NCBI GenBank assembly: GCA_028282585.1
Contig: JANQHR010000006.1
Location: forward strand, 1 to 11,572
Direction of reading: 5' to 3'
Length of the DNA: 11,572 bases
DNA from: Bacteroidales bacterium
Lineage (GTDB): Bacteria > Bacteroidota > Bacteroidia > Bacteroidales > UBA12077
Program-made: the position numbers and the translations under genes
Notes under the pieces: generated by a model
The model's input: the letters and a program-made list of their open reading frames with translations, nothing else
What the model was told of the DNA's origin: nothing
Databases searched by the model: none
Part shown: piece by piece, positions 1-9,191 of the stretch
Position numbering within the stretch: position 1 is the first letter of the stretch
How the letters are laid out: every line of letters starts with the position of its first letter

Positions 1-108
1 TCAGTAACATTGAAACCAATTATCCAGGTATTAACTTTATCATTAGTAAGATTAAGATGCGTTGTTAAATTCAAGTTTTAATTAAATTTTGTCATAGCAA
101 ACTTACAA

Positions 109-147
109 AAATTTTCTAAGGCCTTTATAAAAGGCTTTAGAAAATTT
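109..147. terminator. 18-bp inverted repeat, terminator or 3'-end stem-loop
   Basis: Arms AAATTTTCTAAGGCCTTT (109-126) and AAAGGCTTTAGAAAATTT (130-147), one G-T wobble, 3-nt loop ATA. Typical of plastid 3'-end hairpins. The gene it serves is not identifiable in the window. Confidence 0.7.
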
Positions 148-194
148 ATCTGATTAAATTTTTAGTAGAATAATATTTAAATAATTAATTTTTT

Positions 195-389
195 ATGAAA
201 CAGAAAGTGAAATTCTTAAAATTCTTTAATAAAAGAAATCATAAAAATAGAAGAAAGAGTTCGAGAAAAAAACGACGAATTTTCGCCTCTTCTGTTTGAT
301 CAGAAAGTTTGCTATTTGGAAATTTAAAGCCAAATGATCTGAAAATTAATTCAACCCCACATAATATTATAGATTTAGCTTTTTTTTGA
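195..389 (+). pseudogene. Remnant of a non-core plastid hypothetical ORF with a basic N-terminus
   Basis: Manual translation from ATG 195: MKQKVKFLKFFNKRNHKNRRKSSRKKRRIFASSV*SESLLFGNLKPNDLKINSTPHNIIDLAFF*, with TGA at 297-299 and 387-389. Protein-like sequence continues in frame past the first stop. From memory it resembles N-termini of uncharacterised diatom plastid ORFs (unverified). Confidence 0.5.
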
Positions 390-713
390 AAGGTGAATTT
401 ATTTTTTTTCATTTTTCAAAATTCTTATTCTTTTAATTGATTATCCTAAAGTTTATTTATTTCCATTCTAGAAAATTTTAGGACCATTTCAGAAGATATT
501 TTATCTTTCACCTTCATTATCATTGCCAAAAGAAGTTTATTTTTTTATTACATCAATAGTTAAACTAAATGGTAAAAATTGAAACGGGAAAATTACCTTT
601 TATCAGATTATTCACTACATTTGATGGAAAAATAAAAATATCGCCATTTTTTCTTTCTTAAATTTCGTTAAAACTTGAAAGATATAAAACTTAAATTAGC
701 AATTTTAAAAAAT

Positions 714-743
714 TTATCAAAATTCGCTAAAAAATTGTATAAT
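714..743 (+). promoter_or_regulatory. Putative sigma70-type promoter of psaAB
   Basis: Perfect -10 TATAAT at 738-743. Candidate -35 TTATCA at 714-719 (4/6 match, 18-nt spacer). About 105 nt upstream of the psaA ATG. The AT-rich context lowers specificity. Confidence 0.5.
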
Positions 744-833
744 GTTAAGATGAAAACTCATAATTAACAGATATATGATAAATGGATATCCTTTATTTTT
801 ATATGAGGGTTTCATAGATTTTCATCTCCCAAC

Positions 834-840
834 TAAGGAG
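834..840 (+). promoter_or_regulatory. Shine-Dalgarno sequence of psaA
   Basis: TAAGGAG ending 7 nt before ATG 848. Confidence 0.85.
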
Positions 841-847
841 AAAAATA

Positions 848-3106
848 ATGGCAATAAGCTCAACCGACCGTCGTGCAAAGAATGTGCAAGTTTTTGTTGA
901 AAAAGATGCCGTCGAAACAAGTTTCGCGAAATGGGCACAACCGGGTCATTTCTCTAGAACTTTAGCGAAGGGTCCAAAAACAACTACTTGGATTTGGAAC
1001 TTACACGCAGATGCTCATGACTTTGATAGTCAAACTAGTTCTTTAGAAGAAGTTTCTCGTAAAGTATTTAGTGCTCACTTTGGACAATTAGCAATTATAT
1101 TTTTATGGATTAGCGGTATGCATTTTCACGGTGCATATTTCTCTAACTATTCTGCTTGGTTAACTGATCCAGTTAATATTAAGCAAAGCTCACAAGTTGT
1201 TTGGCCGATTGTTGGTCAAGAAATCTTAAATGGCGATGTAGGTGGAAACTTCCAAGGCGTGCAGACAACATCTGGGTGGTTCCAAATGTGGCGAGCAGAT
1301 GGGATTACTAGTGAAGTTGAATTATATTGGACTGCAATTGGTGGTTTAGCTATGGCAGCTATTATGCTATTTGCCGGATGGTTCCATTATCACAAAGCGG
1401 CACCGAAATTAGAATGGTTCCAAAATGCGGAATCAATGATGAACCATCACTTAGCAGGTTTATTAGGATTAGGTTGTTTATCTTGGTCAGGACACCAAAT
1501 TCACGTTTCATTACCTATTAATAAATTATTAGATGCAGGTGTAGCACCTCAAGAAATTCCATTACCTCATGAGTTTTTAATTAACCGTCAATTAATTAGT
1601 CAACTATATCCAAGTTTTTCTCAAGGATTAGCACCATTCTTTAGTGGTAATTGGAGTGTTTACTCAGACTTTTTAACATTTAAAGGTGGTTTAAATCCTG
1701 TAACAGGCGGCTTATGGTTAAGTGATACTGCTCATCATCATTTAGCTTTAGCAGTTTTATTTATTATTGCTGGTCATATGTACCGTACAAATTGGGGTAT
1801 TGGTCACAGCATGAAAGAAATTTTAGAAGCACATAAAGGCCCGTTTACTGGAGAAGGCCATAAAGGATTATATGAAATTTTAACAACATCATGGCATGCT
1901 CAGTTGGCGATTAACTTGGCTATGATGGGTTCATTAAGCATTATTGTTGCTCATCATATGTATGCAATGCCTCCATACCCATACATTGCAACTGACTACG
2001 CGACTCAATTATCATTATTTACACATCATATGTGGATTGGTGGTTTTTGTGTAGTTGGTGGTGCGGCTCATGGTGCAATTTTTATGGTTCGTGATTATAC
2101 TCCAGCTAATAATTATAATAATTTATTAGACCGTGCATTAAGACATCGTGATTCAATTATTTCACATTTAAACTGGGTTTGTATCTTCTTAGGTATGCAT
2201 GCATTTGGATTCTATATTCATAACGATACAATGCGAGCGTTGGGTCGCCCACAAGATATGTTTTCAGATAAAGCAATTCAATTGCAACCAATTTTTGCCC
2301 AATGGATTCAGAATATTCATTTATTAGCACCAGGTACAACAGCACCTAATGCTTTAGCAACAACAAGTTATGCGTTTGGTGGAGAAGTTGTTGAAGTTGG
2401 CGGGAAAATTGCTATGATGCCGATTAAATTAGGAACTGCAGATTTTATGGTTCATCATATTCATGCATTTACAATTCACGTAACAGTTTTAATTTTATTA
2501 AAAGGTGTATTATATGCACGTAGTTCTAAGTTAATTCCAGATAAAGCAAACTTAGGTTTCCGTTTCCCTTGTGATGGACCTGGGCGTGGCGGTACATGTC
2601 AAAGTTCAAGTTGGGATCATGTATTCTTAGGCTTATTCTGGATGTACAATTCAATTTCAGTAGTAATTTTCCACTTTAGTTGGAAAATGCAATCAGATGT
2701 TTGGGGAACAATTGCTCCAGATGGAAGTATTTCACATGTAACAGGTGGTAACTTTGCACGAGGTGCAATTACTATTAATGGATGGTTGCGTGATTTCTTA
2801 TGGTCACAAGCTTCACAAGTTATTCAATCTTACGGTTCAGCCTCATCAGCATACGGATTAATCTTCTTAGGAGCTCACTTTATTTGGGCCTTTAGTTTAA
2901 TGTTCTTATTTAGTGGTCGTGGTTACTGGCAAGAGTTAATCGAGTCGATTGTTTGGGCACATAACAAGTTAAATTTTGCTCCAACGATTCAACCACGTGC
3001 ATTAAGTATTACACAAGGTCGTGCTGTTGGTTTAGCTCACTATTTATTAGGTGGTATTGGGACAACGTGGTCATTCTTCTTAGCACGTGCAGTTTCAATC
3101 AGTTAA
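848..3106 (+). CDS. psaA: Photosystem I P700 chlorophyll a apoprotein A1
   Basis: 752 aa, uninterrupted. Motifs [29 protein letters not shown] loop [12 protein letters not shown] (Cys codons 2570 and 2597), [32 protein letters not shown]. Confidence 0.99.
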   Translation: MAISSTDRRAKNVQVFVEKDAVETSFAKWAQPGHFSRTLAKGPKTTTWIWNLHADAHDFDSQTSSLEEVSRKVFSAHFGQLAIIFLWISGMHFHGAYFSNYSAWLTDPVNIKQSSQVVWPIVGQEILNGDVGGNFQGVQTTSGWFQMWRADGITSEVELYWTAIGGLAMAAIMLFAGWFHYHKAAPKLEWFQNAESMMNHHLAGLLGLGCLSWSGHQIHVSLPINKLLDAGVAPQEIPLPHEFLINRQLISQLYPSFSQGLAPFFSGNWSVYSDFLTFKGGLNPVTGGLWLSDTAHHHLALAVLFIIAGHMYRTNWGIGHSMKEILEAHKGPFTGEGHKGLYEILTTSWHAQLAINLAMMGSLSIIVAHHMYAMPPYPYIATDYATQLSLFTHHMWIGGFCVVGGAAHGAIFMVRDYTPANNYNNLLDRALRHRDSIISHLNWVCIFLGMHAFGFYIHNDTMRALGRPQDMFSDKAIQLQPIFAQWIQNIHLLAPGTTAPNALATTSYAFGGEVVEVGGKIAMMPIKLGTADFMVHHIHAFTIHVTVLILLKGVLYARSSKLIPDKANLGFRFPCDGPGRGGTCQSSSWDHVFLGLFWMYNSISVVIFHFSWKMQSDVWGTIAPDGSISHVTGGNFARGAITINGWLRDFLWSQASQVIQSYGSASSAYGLIFLGAHFIWAFSLMFLFSGRGYWQELIESIVWAHNKLNFAPTIQPRALSITQGRAVGLAHYLLGGIGTTWSFFLARAVSIS

Positions 3107-3171
3107 TTCGTTCAACTAAACTTATTATTTTTATTCATAACTAAAATTTACATAAAAAGGCATCTAACATT

Positions 3172-5373
3172 ATGGTAACTAAATTTCCAAAGTTTAGTCA
3201 AGCCCTTGCACAAGATCCAGCAACGCGAAGAATTTGGTATGGTATCGCGACTGCTCATGATTTAGAAGCACATGATGGTATGACGGAAGAAAATTTATAT
3301 CAAAAAATTTTCGCTTCACATTTTGGTCATCTGGCAATTATTTTCCTATGGACTTCAGGAAATCTATTCCATGTTGCTTGGCAAGGTAACTTTGAAAAAT
3401 GGGTAACAAATCCATTAAAAGTTAAACCAATTGCCCATTCGATCTGGGACCCACATTTTGGTGAATCAGCTTTAAAAGCATTTAGTAAAGGCAATACATA
3501 TCCTGTAAATATAACATTCGCAGGTGTTTATCAATGGTGGTACACAATTGGTTTCAGAACAAATCAAGAATTATATATAGGATCGATTGGTTTAGTATTA
3601 TTATCATCAGCTTTATTGTTTGCGGGTTGGCTACATTTACAACCAAAATTCCGGCCAAGTTTATCATGGTTTAAAAATAATGAATCTCGTCTAAATCACC
3701 ATTTATCAGGTTTATTAGGAGTTAGTTCATTAGCTTGGACCGGTCACACAGTTCACGTAGCAATTCCAGCATCACGTGGCATTCATGTTGGTTGGGATAA
3801 CTTTTTGACAACTCCACCGCATCCAGCAGGTTTAACACCGTTTTATAATGGCAATTGGACAGTTTATGCAGAAAACCCAGATAGTCCAACTCATGTTTAT
3901 GGTACTTCAGAAGGGGCAGGCACAGCTATTTTAACATTCTTAGGCGGTTTCCACCCACAATCACAATCATTATGGTTAAGTGATATGGCTCATCATCATT
4001 TAGCAATTGCAGTTGTTTTTATTATTGCAGGTCATATGTACCGAACAAACTTCGGTATTGGTCATAATATGAAAGAAATCTTAGATGCTCACCGTCCTCC
4101 TGGAGGTCGATTAGGAGCAGGTCATATTGGATTATTTGAAACAATTACAAACTCTTTACACATGCAATTAGGATTAGCCTTAGCATGTTTAGGTGTTGCC
4201 ACATCATTAACAGCTCAACATATGTATGCATTAACGCCATATGCATTTTTATCAAAAGATTTTACAACTGAAGCTGCGCTATACACACATCATCAGTATA
4301 TTGCTGGATTCTTAATGGTTGGTGCATTCGCACACGGGGCAATTTTCTTTGTTCGTGATTATGATCCAGAATTAAACAAAAATAATGTTTTAGCACGTAT
4401 GCTAGAGCATAAAGAAGCGATTATTTCACATTTAAGCTGGGCATGTTTATTCTTAGGATTCCACACATTAGGATTATATATTCATAATGATACAGTTGTG
4501 GCATTTGGACAACCAGAAAAACAAATTTTATTTGAACCAGTTTTTGCTGAATTTATTCAAGCGTCATCAGGTAAAGCTGTTTACCAAATCAACGTTTTAT
4601 TAGCGTCTTCAACGAGTCCAGCAACAGTTGCGGGTAATCAAATCTGGTTACCAGGCTGGTTAGAAGCAATTAATAATAGTAAAAATGATTTATTCTTAAA
4701 AATTGGGCCTGGTGACTTTTTAGTACATCATGCTATTGCTTTAGGTTTACATACAACAACATTAATTCTTGTAAAAGGTGCTTTAGATGCCCGTGGATCT
4801 AAATTAATGCCAGATAAAAAGGACTTCGGTTACAGCTTCCCATGTGATGGCCCAGGTCGTGGTGGTACGTGTGATATTTCAGCTTGGGATGCATTCTATT
4901 TAGCAATGTTCTGGATGCTAAATACAATTGGATGGACAACATTCTATTGGCATTGGAAACATATGGCTATTTGGGGTGGTAATCCAGGTCAATTCGATGA
5001 ATCATCTAATTATATTATGGGATGGTTACGAGATTACTTATGGTTAAACTCATCACCATTAATTAATGGGTATAATGCATTTGGTATGAATAATTTATCT
5101 GTTTGGGCCTGGATGTTCTTATTCGGACATTTAATTTGGGCAACAGGTTTTATGTTCTTAATTTCATGGCGTGGTTATTGGCAAGAATTAATTGAGACAT
5201 TAGTTTGGGCTCATGAACGTACACCTCTTGCTAATTTAGTTCGTTGGAGAGATAAACCAGTCGCACTTTCTATTGTTCAAGCTCGTTTAGTTGGTTTAGT
5301 ACATTTCGCTGTTGGTTATATTTTAACTTATGCAGCATTTGTTATTGCTTCAACTGCTGGAAAATTTGGTTAA
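3172..5373 (+). CDS. psaB: Photosystem I P700 chlorophyll a apoprotein A2
   Basis: 733 aa. Motifs [21 protein letters not shown] loop [18 protein letters not shown] (Cys codons 4843 and 4870), [30 protein letters not shown]. Follows psaA after a 65-nt spacer. Confidence 0.99.
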   Translation: MVTKFPKFSQALAQDPATRRIWYGIATAHDLEAHDGMTEENLYQKIFASHFGHLAIIFLWTSGNLFHVAWQGNFEKWVTNPLKVKPIAHSIWDPHFGESALKAFSKGNTYPVNITFAGVYQWWYTIGFRTNQELYIGSIGLVLLSSALLFAGWLHLQPKFRPSLSWFKNNESRLNHHLSGLLGVSSLAWTGHTVHVAIPASRGIHVGWDNFLTTPPHPAGLTPFYNGNWTVYAENPDSPTHVYGTSEGAGTAILTFLGGFHPQSQSLWLSDMAHHHLAIAVVFIIAGHMYRTNFGIGHNMKEILDAHRPPGGRLGAGHIGLFETITNSLHMQLGLALACLGVATSLTAQHMYALTPYAFLSKDFTTEAALYTHHQYIAGFLMVGAFAHGAIFFVRDYDPELNKNNVLARMLEHKEAIISHLSWACLFLGFHTLGLYIHNDTVVAFGQPEKQILFEPVFAEFIQASSGKAVYQINVLLASSTSPATVAGNQIWLPGWLEAINNSKNDLFLKIGPGDFLVHHAIALGLHTTTLILVKGALDARGSKLMPDKKDFGYSFPCDGPGRGGTCDISAWDAFYLAMFWMLNTIGWTTFYWHWKHMAIWGGNPGQFDESSNYIMGWLRDYLWLNSSPLINGYNAFGMNNLSVWAWMFLFGHLIWATGFMFLISWRGYWQELIETLVWAHERTPLANLVRWRDKPVALSIVQARLVGLVHFAVGYILTYAAFVIASTAGKFG

Positions 5374-5390
5374 TATTTCATTAATTTATC

Positions 5391-5425
5391 TTTCTAATTA
5401 TTTCTATTAAAGAAATAATTAGAAA
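5391..5425. terminator. Perfect 15-bp stem-loop after psaB, between convergent psaB and ftsH
   Basis: TTTCTAATTATTTCT (5391-5405), loop ATTAA, AGAAATAATTAGAAA (5411-5425). Begins 17 nt after the psaB stop. Confidence 0.8.
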
Positions 5426-5584
5426 TATAATACTAAAGTTGATTATTGTTAATTCTAGACAGCTCTCAGGAAGAAAGGGCTGATTTTAAATTATTAAATT
5501 TGATTTCTTATCCATTTTTAGTTTTCCCTCGATAGATTATCTTTTTTCTTTTATTTTTAGGCCAACAACCAAAAATTGTCTAAT

Positions 5585-7468
5585 TTAAACTTTTTGTGGT
5601 AGAATTGTGTACTCTTTGACAAGATTACGAAATTCTGTACCATCGATTGTCTCAGCATCTAATAATTTTTCAACAGCCAAATCAATAACAACTCGATTAT
5701 TTAAGATAATTTCTGTTGCAATTTGTTCACAGTGATTGATAATTTTACAAACTTCTCTATCAATTCGATCGGCAATTCCATCATTCGATTCTCCACCTAA
5801 GAACATTTGCTCATTGTTATCATCTTCTAAAGCAATTGGACCAATATTTGACATCCCGTAACGTGTCACCATTTGTCGTGCAATATTAGTTACTTGTTGT
5901 AAATCATTACTTGCACCAGTTGTTACTTCTGGATCACCAAAGATAATTTTTTCAGTCACACGACCAGATAAAGTTGTAATAATACGTGCTAATAATTGAG
6001 AACGAGATAATAACATTTGGTCTTCTTCTGGGGTAAACCATGTTAAACCTTTGGCACCTCCACGTGGAATTAAAGTAATTTTTTCAACTTCATCATGATT
6101 CTCTAAGACTGATCCGACAATAGCATGTCCGACTTCATGATAAGCAATTAGTTTTTTATTTTTTGTGTCTTCCATTGTAGAACCCGCAATCCCACCAATG
6201 ATTCGATCTGCAGCTTCATTAACTTCATTCTTTGTAATTGTTGATTTTTTATAGCGTGTTGCGAGAATTGCGGCTTCATTTAATAAATTCGCTAAATCAG
6301 CCCCAGAGAAGCCTGGTGTTCGATTTGCTAATTGAACTAATGAAACATCTTCATCAAAAGGTTTATTTTTTGCATGAACTTTTAAAATACCAATTCGACC
6401 TAGGCGATCTGGTAAACCAACTGTAATTTGTCGATCGAAACGACCAGGGCGTAATAATGCGCCATCTAAAATATCCACACGATTTGTTGCACCAACAACA
6501 ATTACGCCTTTATTTTCTTTAAATCCATCCATTTCTGTTAATAATTGGTTTAAAGTTTGTTCTCGTTCATCATTTCCACCACCAATTCCAGCACCACGTT
6601 CACGTCCAACGGCATCAATCTCATCAATAAAGACAATACACGGAGTATTTTCCGAGGCTTTTTTAAATAAATCTCTAATCCGTGCAGCACCAATACCGAT
6701 AAACATTTCTACAAATTCTGACCCTGCTACACTATAAAATGGAACATTTGCTTCATTGGCAATTGCTTTAGCTAATAAAGTTTTTCCAGTTCCGGGAGGT
6801 CCTACTAATAAAACTCCTTTTGGAATTTTCGCCCCAACAAGTGTATACCGCTCTGGTTCTTTTAAAAATGAAACAATTTCTTCAAACTCAGCTTTTGCTT
6901 CATCAATACCTGCAATATCATCAAATGATATTCCTGTTTCTGGTCGCTGATCAAATCGTGCGGGTGATTTGCCTAAATTCATTGGTGATGACCCAGAATT
7001 TGGCGAAAAGTTATCTGAATTTTGGAAAAAGAAGATTAAACTACCAATAAATATTAATGGTAAAAGTAAGTTACTAGCAATAGTAATAAAAATGCTTTTT
7101 CGCGGAGCGGGATGAGCATCGAAATCAATATTATATTCTTTTAATTTTTGAATAAGTTGTGATGCACCCACTGGAATTTCAACTCGTATCGATTGTGGTC
7201 GATTACCAAGTTCGGGGCTTGCAGCTTGAACAATTGCATTTCGACTATTGTCATATAAATCTACTTGTTTTACCCATCCCATTTCTAGGTATTCTAAAAA
7301 TCGTCCATAAGTCATTCTTGAACTACTAAGATTTGTATTTAATTCTGGTTTAGACGGATTCTCATTAAATCCAACCACATTAAATGTTTTAAGACCAATA
7401 AAAATACAAGCTAAAAAGAAAAGTCCAACAAGAATTTTCTGAATTGTATTACGATTCATTTTTTTCAT
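5585..7468 (-). CDS. ftsH: ATP-dependent zinc metalloprotease FtsH (ycf25), FtsH2-like thylakoid protease
   Basis: 627 aa with two N-terminal hydrophobic segments. [11 protein letters not shown] luminal motif, Walker A GPPGTGKT, Walker [22 protein letters not shown], Zn motif HEVGH, and TTGASNDL. Confidence 0.98.
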   Translation of the reverse strand: MKKMNRNTIQKILVGLFFLACIFIGLKTFNVVGFNENPSKPELNTNLSSSRMTYGRFLEYLEMGWVKQVDLYDNSRNAIVQAASPELGNRPQSIRVEIPVGASQLIQKLKEYNIDFDAHPAPRKSIFITIASNLLLPLIFIGSLIFFFQNSDNFSPNSGSSPMNLGKSPARFDQRPETGISFDDIAGIDEAKAEFEEIVSFLKEPERYTLVGAKIPKGVLLVGPPGTGKTLLAKAIANEANVPFYSVAGSEFVEMFIGIGAARIRDLFKKASENTPCIVFIDEIDAVGRERGAGIGGGNDEREQTLNQLLTEMDGFKENKGVIVVGATNRVDILDGALLRPGRFDRQITVGLPDRLGRIGILKVHAKNKPFDEDVSLVQLANRTPGFSGADLANLLNEAAILATRYKKSTITKNEVNEAADRIIGGIAGSTMEDTKNKKLIAYHEVGHAIVGSVLENHDEVEKITLIPRGGAKGLTWFTPEEDQMLLSRSQLLARIITTLSGRVTEKIIFGDPEVTTGASNDLQQVTNIARQMVTRYGMSNIGPIALEDDNNEQMFLGGESNDGIADRIDREVCKIINHCEQIATEIILNNRVVIDLAVEKLLDAETIDGTEFRNLVKEYTILPQKV

Positions 7469-7509
7469 TTAATTTTTATATAAATTTGTTTTCACTAAAA
7501 GGATAACAT

Positions 7510-7535
7510 AAATAGTTTTTGGAAACCAACTATTT
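7510..7535. repeat. Imperfect inverted repeat in the divergent ftsH-psaE spacer
   Basis: AAATAG(TTT)TTGG-AAA-CCAACTATTT: 10 bp with a 3-nt bulge, about 41 nt upstream of the ftsH start. Confidence 0.4.
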
Positions 7536-7624
7536 TTTAAAATTTATTGTTTTATTTTTCTTTATTAATATAAACTTATAATAAATTACTTTGTAATTAA
7601 TCTATTAATAAAACAAACTTTCCT

Positions 7625-7816
7625 ATGGTAGATCGTAATAATACTGTTCGTATTTTAAGAAAGGAATCCTATTGGTTTAATCAAACTGGAACAGTTGCAT
7701 CTGTTGATAAAAGTGGTATTCGTTATCCTGTTGTTGTTCGATTTGAAAATGTTAATTATAGTGGGACTAACACAAATAATTTTGCTATTGATGAATTAGT
7801 AGTTGTTGATAATTAA
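7625..7816 (+). CDS. psaE: Photosystem I reaction centre subunit IV
   Basis: 63 aa. Signature [12 protein letters not shown]...[24 protein letters not shown]. Confidence 0.98.
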   Translation: MVDRNNTVRILRKESYWFNQTGTVASVDKSGIRYPVVVRFENVNYSGTNTNNFAIDELVVVDN

Positions 7817-7817
7817 T

Positions 7818-7854
7818 AAAACTTGGAAGGAAGTTTTATTTCCTTCCAAGTTTT
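7818..7854 (+). terminator. Perfect 15-bp stem-loop immediately after psaE
   Basis: AAAACTTGGAAGGAA (7818-7832) and TTCCTTCCAAGTTTT (7840-7854), 7-nt loop, T tract continuing to 7856. Confidence 0.85.
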
Positions 7855-7906
7855 TTAACTTTATGTTAATATTTTCTCATTAATATTTCTTGTAAAAAAT
7901 AAAATT

Positions 7907-8512
7907 ATGGTCGATCCCCCGCAAATTGGAAGAATGGCACCGAATTTTTTAACAATCGGCGTTTATAAAAACCGGTTAGGAAAGATTAGACTCTCAGATT
8001 ATTATGGAAAAAAATATGTGATTCTTGTTTTTTATCCCGCTAATTTTACATCCGTTTCACCAACTGAATTAATCGCTTTAAGTGATAGAATTACTGAATT
8101 TCGAAAGTTATCAACTCAATTACTTGCAATTTCAGTTGATAGTCCATTTTCTCATTTACATTATTTATTCTCAAAACGAAGTCAAGGTGGATTAAGGAAA
8201 TTGAATTATCCATTAGTTTCCGATTTAAACCAATCGATCACACGAAAATACCAATTATTAACAAATGATGGTTTAGCATTTCCGGGATTATTTATTATTG
8301 ACAAAGAAGGTATAATCCAATATTATACAGTTAATAACTTATTATGTGGAAGAAGTATAAATGAGTTACTTCGTATTTTAAAATCGATTCAATATATCAA
8401 AGAAAATCCAGGACAAGCTTGTCCAGTTGATTGGAAGTATGGTGACAAAATTTTATATTCACATCCACTAAAATCAAAAATTTATTTTAAAACATTATAT
8501 TCTATATTCTAA
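7907..8512 (+). CDS. ycf42: Ycf42/Bas1, 2-Cys peroxiredoxin (AhpC/Prx1)-like protein with a degenerate active site
   Basis: 201 aa. Prx1-type segments LSDYYGKKYVILVFYP, AISVDSPFSHL, GGL..LNYPLVSD, GLFIIDKEGIIQY, GRSINELLRIL, ACPVDW and a C-terminal YF. Position between psaE and rpl35 matches the diatom arrangement as I recall it. Confidence 0.92.
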   Translation: MVDPPQIGRMAPNFLTIGVYKNRLGKIRLSDYYGKKYVILVFYPANFTSVSPTELIALSDRITEFRKLSTQLLAISVDSPFSHLHYLFSKRSQGGLRKLNYPLVSDLNQSITRKYQLLTNDGLAFPGLFIIDKEGIIQYYTVNNLLCGRSINELLRILKSIQYIKENPGQACPVDWKYGDKILYSHPLKSKIYFKTLYSIF

Positions 8513-8531
8513 TAAAAAGAATGAAAAGTTT

Positions 8532-8726
8532 ATGCCAAAATTAAAAACTCGAAGAGCAGCTTCAAAACGATATAAAATAACGGGTACGGGTAAATTTTTA
8601 CGCCGCCATGCTTATAAAGGCCATCTTTTAATGAAAAAATCAAAGAAACAAAAAAGAAAATTATCCCAATTCATTCTTGTAAGTAAAGGTGAGAGAAAAG
8701 CTATTAAATTAATGTTACCTTATTAA
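8532..8726 (+). CDS. rpl35: 50S ribosomal protein L35
   Basis: 64 aa, basic: MPKLKTRRAASKRYKITGTGKFLRRHA...HLL.KKS...MLPY. Directly upstream of rpl20. Confidence 0.97.
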   Translation: MPKLKTRRAASKRYKITGTGKFLRRHAYKGHLLMKKSKKQKRKLSQFILVSKGERKAIKLMLPY

Positions 8727-8752
8727 AAAATTAAAATGGATAGAAAATTGTA

Positions 8753-9097
8753 ATGGTTCGAATTAAACGTGGAAACGTCGCAAGAAAACGTCGAAAAAAA
8801 GTATTATCTCTTGCAAGTGGGTATAGGGGTGCCCATTCTGTTTTATTTAGAGTGGCAAACCAACAAGTGATGAAAGCATTACGATATTCCTATGTTGGAC
8901 GAAAAGAAAAAAAACGGATTTTTAGAAAAATTTGGATCAGTCGTATTAATGCGGCTTCTAGATTAAATGGAACAACTTATAGTCGATTAATTCATAAGTT
9001 TAAAAAATTAAACGTTGACTTAAATCGGAAAATGTTATCACAAATTGCTGTTTTAGATATATCAACTTTTAAATCCTTAATCCAAATGAATGGATAG
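8753..9097 (+). CDS. rpl20: 50S ribosomal protein L20
   Basis: 114 aa. [55 protein letters not shown]. Confidence 0.98.
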   Translation: MVRIKRGNVARKRRKKVLSLASGYRGAHSVLFRVANQQVMKALRYSYVGRKEKKRIFRKIWISRINAASRLNGTTYSRLIHKFKKLNVDLNRKMLSQIAVLDISTFKSLIQMNG

Positions 9098-9141
9098 AAA
9101 AGTAGATTATTCTTTATGAAATTGTAAAACGAATTAAAATT

Positions 9142-9191
9142 TCATCTAATTTAGATGATTGATTGAATCAATTTCTAATCTAAATTAGAAA
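9142..9191. repeat. Composite nested palindrome between rpl20 and ycf45
   Basis: Outer perfect 12-bp arms TCTAATTTAGAT (9145-9156) and ATCTAAATTAGA (9178-9189). Inner ATTGAT-TGA-ATCAAT (9158-9172). Each outer arm also sits within its own local hairpin. Confidence 0.75.

Noticed and set aside
1-81. Possible gene fragments at the left edge: + frame SNIETNYPGINFIISKIKMRC* (stop 66-68), + frame ending VVKFKF* (79-81), or a - strand frame LNLTTHLNLTNDKVNTWIIGFNVT
   Set aside because: Too short to choose a frame, and no recognisable motif. The hairpin at 109-147 hints at a gene end but does not identify it.
400-600. Short protein-like stretches on both strands, e.g. minus-strand MIMKVKDKISSEMVLKFSRMEINKL*
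   Set aside because: Multiple stops in the frames I translated and no recognisable family. Cannot be distinguished from AT-rich spacer without a search.
1327-1521. 64-aa alternative-frame ORF inside psaA
   Set aside because: Out-of-frame shadow of a highly conserved gene, with no motif.
2157-2345. 62-aa antisense ORF inside psaA
   Set aside because: Antisense shadow with no independent evidence.
848-5373. Intron or intein in psaA/psaB, and nucleotide similarity between the two genes
   Set aside because: Both have normal lengths and continuous frames. Shared stretches such as the [12 protein letters not shown] codons reflect their ancient paralogy, not a repeat element.
5455-5490. Possible SRP RNA (ffs) or other ncRNA suggested by TCAGGAAG
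   Set aside because: The full SRP domain IV motif and the long flanking helix are absent. Only a 7-bp stem is present.
6238-7050. Three + strand ORFs (6238-6426, 6756-6950, 6820-7050) antisense to ftsH
   Set aside because: Fully overlapped by ftsH, short and motif-free.
848-7816. Cyanophage or cyanobacterial photosystem I cassette
   Set aside because: Low GC, co-occurrence with ftsH, ycf42, rpl35, rpl20 and ycf45, and the lack of phage genes indicate an algal plastid genome.
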